Origin: Bispira polyomma
Lineage: Eukaryota
NCBI GenBank assembly: GCA_965649765.1
Contig: OZ287750.1
Coordinates: 69,812,001 to 69,876,000, forward strand
Direction: 5' to 3'
Length of the DNA: 64,000 nt
Positions within the stretch are counted from its first letter, which is position 1, and each line of letters starts with the position of its first letter. The notes beneath the pieces were generated by a model, which saw only the letters and a program-made list of their open reading frames with translations, was not told where the DNA came from and did not search any database. The position numbers and the translations under genes are program-made. Positions 62,701-64,000 of this stretch are shown here, one piece after another.

Positions 62701-62980
62701 TCAGGGTCATTACTGCGCAGAAATGAACAGCTTGTCACGTGACCATGTGGAGGTGACAGCAACCTTGACCCCTTGTCCGGCACACCGTAGAGCCGAACTG
62801 ATGCACAGTACTCCAGATACTATGGATCACCCTGATAACTTATACAATAAGCCTGAATTCACTCTACAACAGCCGCAGCAACCAGATCTTTTCATGCTGG
62901 ACAAAAACCCCACACAAGTTAAGGAGAGGATGAAGTATATTGATGCCTTATCACCTACAGCTATGCAAAGTAACAGATGA
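32591..62980 (+). CDS. Type I membrane protein: signal peptide, SUEL (galactose/rhamnose-binding) lectin, CUB, sushi-like, TM, cytoplasmic tail; 8 exons, about 472 aa
   Basis: Exons 32591-32705, 52443-52727, 59140-59345, 59927-60089, 60756-60911, 61182-61241, 61955-62042, 62635-62980. GT-AG introns, phases 1,1,0,1,1,1,2; total 1419 nt = 473 codons; AATAAA at 62991. Linking exon 1 across a 19.7-kb intron is inferred from phase and signal-peptide character. Confidence 0.82.
33455..33672. repeat. Degenerate minisatellite, unit about 21 bp
   Basis: About 10 copies of consensus ACTTAGTATGTCGTTATAACG. Confidence 0.85.
33673..33885 (+). mobile_element. tRNA-derived SINE (degenerate)
   Basis: GGATTCAAATC B-box remnant; TGTAGGAAAGT..TGGTTT..CTTGATCAACT body similar to the 586-800 copy. 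Confidence 0.55.
36285..37657 (+). pseudogene. gag: gag-like ORF1 of Ngaro-like element (frameshifted)
   Basis: N-terminal CSRCNEKHERPVGTRC zinc knuckle, coiled coil, GKSLGKRKSGRY, WPNE, FDDLTLAQF, C-terminal CRHFQKSQC..H..HICSNC..HPESKC; broken into four ORF pieces. Confidence 0.8.
38769..40445 (+). CDS. pol: Reverse transcriptase / RNase H of Ngaro-like element (catalytic YxDD reads YIND)
   Basis: NHYSA, CSPLLTRPK, RRLILNLS, AKVDIAHAFRNL, FGL, YINDF, GITID, HVDAC, IVHLEM, SDNAAVV, HIPGKKNISADILSR. Confidence 0.92.
   Translation: MEPVEIDTFDKLLKICEIIKDTGQENYKEARIPIQSGLKRDNWKKYLANYKDQQVLQYIEFGFPIPVYDRNRLNTKNITNHYSALKYPEYIEKYFKTEVQKGTIIGPIKGEIHTEFHCSPLLTRPKDHDQRRLILNLSHPAGSSVNDHTYKNIYDNVSFNLRLPTIDQIVREIQTIDDAMLAKVDIAHAFRNLRIDPYDSLKLGYQWETQNYIDLSWTFGLTHGTAVFMRVSDAGTHIMRQRRFKVFNYINDFVICETRPKVTLAYEFLQKLLQELGLPINKKKLVPPNKKVTCMGITIDIDQGTLSIDENKLETIYETCESFRDLKKVTKTKYQSLLGKLLYISRCIKPSRIFMNRMLCLLREHTSQKMIWLTNEFKKDLNWFLQFLFTFNGMTSYRDKNITFEKLLHVDACLQGIGGISDSKVFTAPIPLCIKQDLSIVHLEMLSIVIAFKLWANDWNNKTVKIRSDNAAVVAVVQSAKSRDIYLSTCLRNLWLICARRDIEIIIEHIPGKKNISADILSRWQILGQNAERIKNIINETFSMEIVTIDMFNLDTDI
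40452..41426 (+). pseudogene. Tyrosine recombinase of Ngaro-like element (stop and frameshifts)
   Basis: AFFGILRISNL, K*SKTNQ, CPV, HSFHCFQRSGASLAF, HGCWKSDAVWAY; TGA at 41012. Confidence 0.88.
52443..52727 (+). CDS. Lectin-CUB receptor exon 2 (SUEL-type lectin domain)
   Basis: EICVKDTFNATCREGEVILIQMARYGRMQIGRC...GC...KCGGRRQC...C...LEVTYKC: A-x-YGR motif and 8-Cys SUEL pattern; tttctag / gtaaga boundaries. Confidence 0.92.
52975..53470 (-). mobile_element. Degraded L2-type LINE 3' fragment, antisense
   Basis: Reverse complement resembles the CTTAAAACCTATTTTT and 3' UTR region of the 53925-54722 copy. Confidence 0.55.
53550..53752 (-). mobile_element. Second tRNA-derived SINE family (related copies near 21300-21450 and 60555-60680)
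   Basis: Reverse strand GTGGCTTAGTGGTT...GTTCGACTCC head; shared CCTACAA..GTCGTCATCAGTAGG..ATCCCACCAA body in three places. Confidence 0.6.
53925..54722 (+). mobile_element. L2-type LINE, 5'-truncated RT C-terminus
   Basis: NLGVTFDS, NALVSSRLDYCNSLLYG, LQSIQN, LHWLPI, GSRAFSPAAPVL*NSLP; (AAT)n tail. Confidence 0.88.
57700..57945 (+). mobile_element. L2-type LINE 3' end
   Basis: KLKTHLYQLAFPP* then 3' UTR with an internal duplication of about 39 bp and a short (ACATTA)n tail. Confidence 0.55.
59140..59345 (+). CDS. Lectin-CUB receptor exon 3 (CUB N-half)
   Basis: SGYISLNFP..CPWEITVGPGQRINLTLHSF; tttttgcag / gtagag. Confidence 0.9.
59927..60089 (+). CDS. Lectin-CUB receptor exon 4 (CUB C-half)
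   Basis: C...YTSSSNGIELRL...GSFLLQFQ; ctactag / gtaatt. Confidence 0.88.
60756..60911 (+). CDS. Lectin-CUB receptor exon 5 (sushi/CCP-like)
   Basis: INCPHL...VIVEC...WYLTCKETQWIGTAGNC: four Cys plus Trp; phase 1-1 exon. Confidence 0.85.
61182..61241 (+). CDS. Lectin-CUB receptor exon 6 (stalk)
   Basis: ataacag|GSKYSPNGDSNKPKEMSFPY|gtgaga; phase 1-1. Confidence 0.7.
61955..62042 (+). CDS. Lectin-CUB receptor exon 7 (transmembrane helix)
   Basis: GLLIAVAIGVALGVFCGGMLLGIVTV followed by basic stop-transfer HKKR; gttttag / gtacat. Confidence 0.88.
62315..62531 (-). mobile_element. tRNA-derived SINE (same family)
   Basis: Reverse strand GGGGACTGTGGTGGTCTAGTGGTTA A box, TTGAATCCC B box, shared body. 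Confidence 0.7.
62635..62980 (+). CDS. Lectin-CUB receptor exon 8 (cytoplasmic tail)
   Basis: gattcag acceptor in phase 2; RKRRQLEE..SVYY..DNLYNKP..QSNR-TGA; AATAAA at 62991. Confidence 0.82.
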
Positions 62981-64000
62981 CCGATCAATTAATAAATCCA
63001 CTGTATAACTCCTGTGTATATATATGTATATATGAAGTGATAACATTTTTGTCATAATGTTTTGTAGTATATATCAATATGAAAAAAAAAATCTTATTTG
63101 GAGAACAAGTGTTAAACACTTAGTTATATGTTGGTCAATGAACAGAAAGGGGGATCTCTTATAGGTCAGCCTGGTAGTCTTATTGTCACATGTCAAGTAA
63201 ACTAAAATCGAAAGGTTTTTGCAGAGAAGATGACAAGTAATGGAAACAGTTGATGACAAAAAATGAGTTTTTTTATTAACTGCATTATTCACCATTTCAC
63301 AAACTTATGGGTGTCTATATTTCTGTCCTGTTTCTCAAAATTTAAACAAAAATTTGCAATCTCCATATTTTTGTGTATTTTTTACCTACTTAATATGTAT
63401 AACTGTGACCTTTGACCTTCTAAATAGGCCATGACTCCATGTTGTTTGTGAAACTGATTGGTTGATGAACTTGGCATAAAAAGTGTTCACCAAGAGCTTT
63501 GAAGAACTTCCACAGAAATATGGACATTCTTTGAAAATATGGACTATTTGTGAAACAGGCTCACTGTTTGTCCAATGCTTAAGTAACATCATATAATTAT
63601 GTGCAGGACAAATTAATCACTCCACAGTAACCTAACTGATTTGCTGGATTTACATCATTAAGTGTTATCAAAATTAGATGTACAGCTATGATTTTGTGAC
63701 TAGTCAATGAACTATTAGATTTGTGCAAGTCTATTCGTAATATTTAATGTAACAGTACTGTATGATGGATACACAATGAGCTTGTCCTTTAAATCTCCTA
63801 AGATAGCAAAGAAATCATAATGCTCTCAATAAATTCAAATATTCGAGTAACTCTAATGAAATATCATACTCTCTGGGCTAGTTTTCAAACTTTAGCCATT
63901 TCAAATTTCTCTACACATAAAATGATATATTTAAACAGATGAATTTCATATTTGTAATATTAGTCCCCAGACAGATTTTTGATATTGTCACAATTTCTGG

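Overview
AT-rich eukaryotic genomic DNA with spliceosomal introns, from an invertebrate (inferred lophotrochozoan, probably annelid, from the gene and SINE types). Two multi-exon host genes on the + strand could be assembled by hand with consistent GT-AG boundaries and intron phases. (1) A 12-exon, about 726-aa protein (1945-17103) with an N-terminal TIR domain, an unassigned middle domain, a basic NLS-like patch and C-terminal TPR-like helical repeats. (2) An 8-exon, about 472-aa type I membrane protein (32591-62980) with signal peptide, SUEL/galactose-binding lectin, CUB, sushi-like, TM and Tyr-containing tail. Each gene carries a decayed, sense-oriented tyrosine-recombinase (DIRS-order, Ngaro-like) retrotransposon in a phase-1 intron. 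The second element (35950-42283) is structurally complete, has A1-B1A2-B2 split direct repeats and is nested in a Harbinger-like MITE. The most notable observation is that both divergent elements keep a homologous phase-1 splice donor in gag and a phase-1 acceptor just after the RT/RNase H stop, so splicing would join Gag N-terminus and recombinase in frame. Also present: a long foldback element, L2-type LINE 3' fragments, tRNA-derived SINEs, minisatellites, a tandem array built from an exon-end plus splice donor, and a CTCF-like site. All assignments come from reading the sequence; no database search was run.
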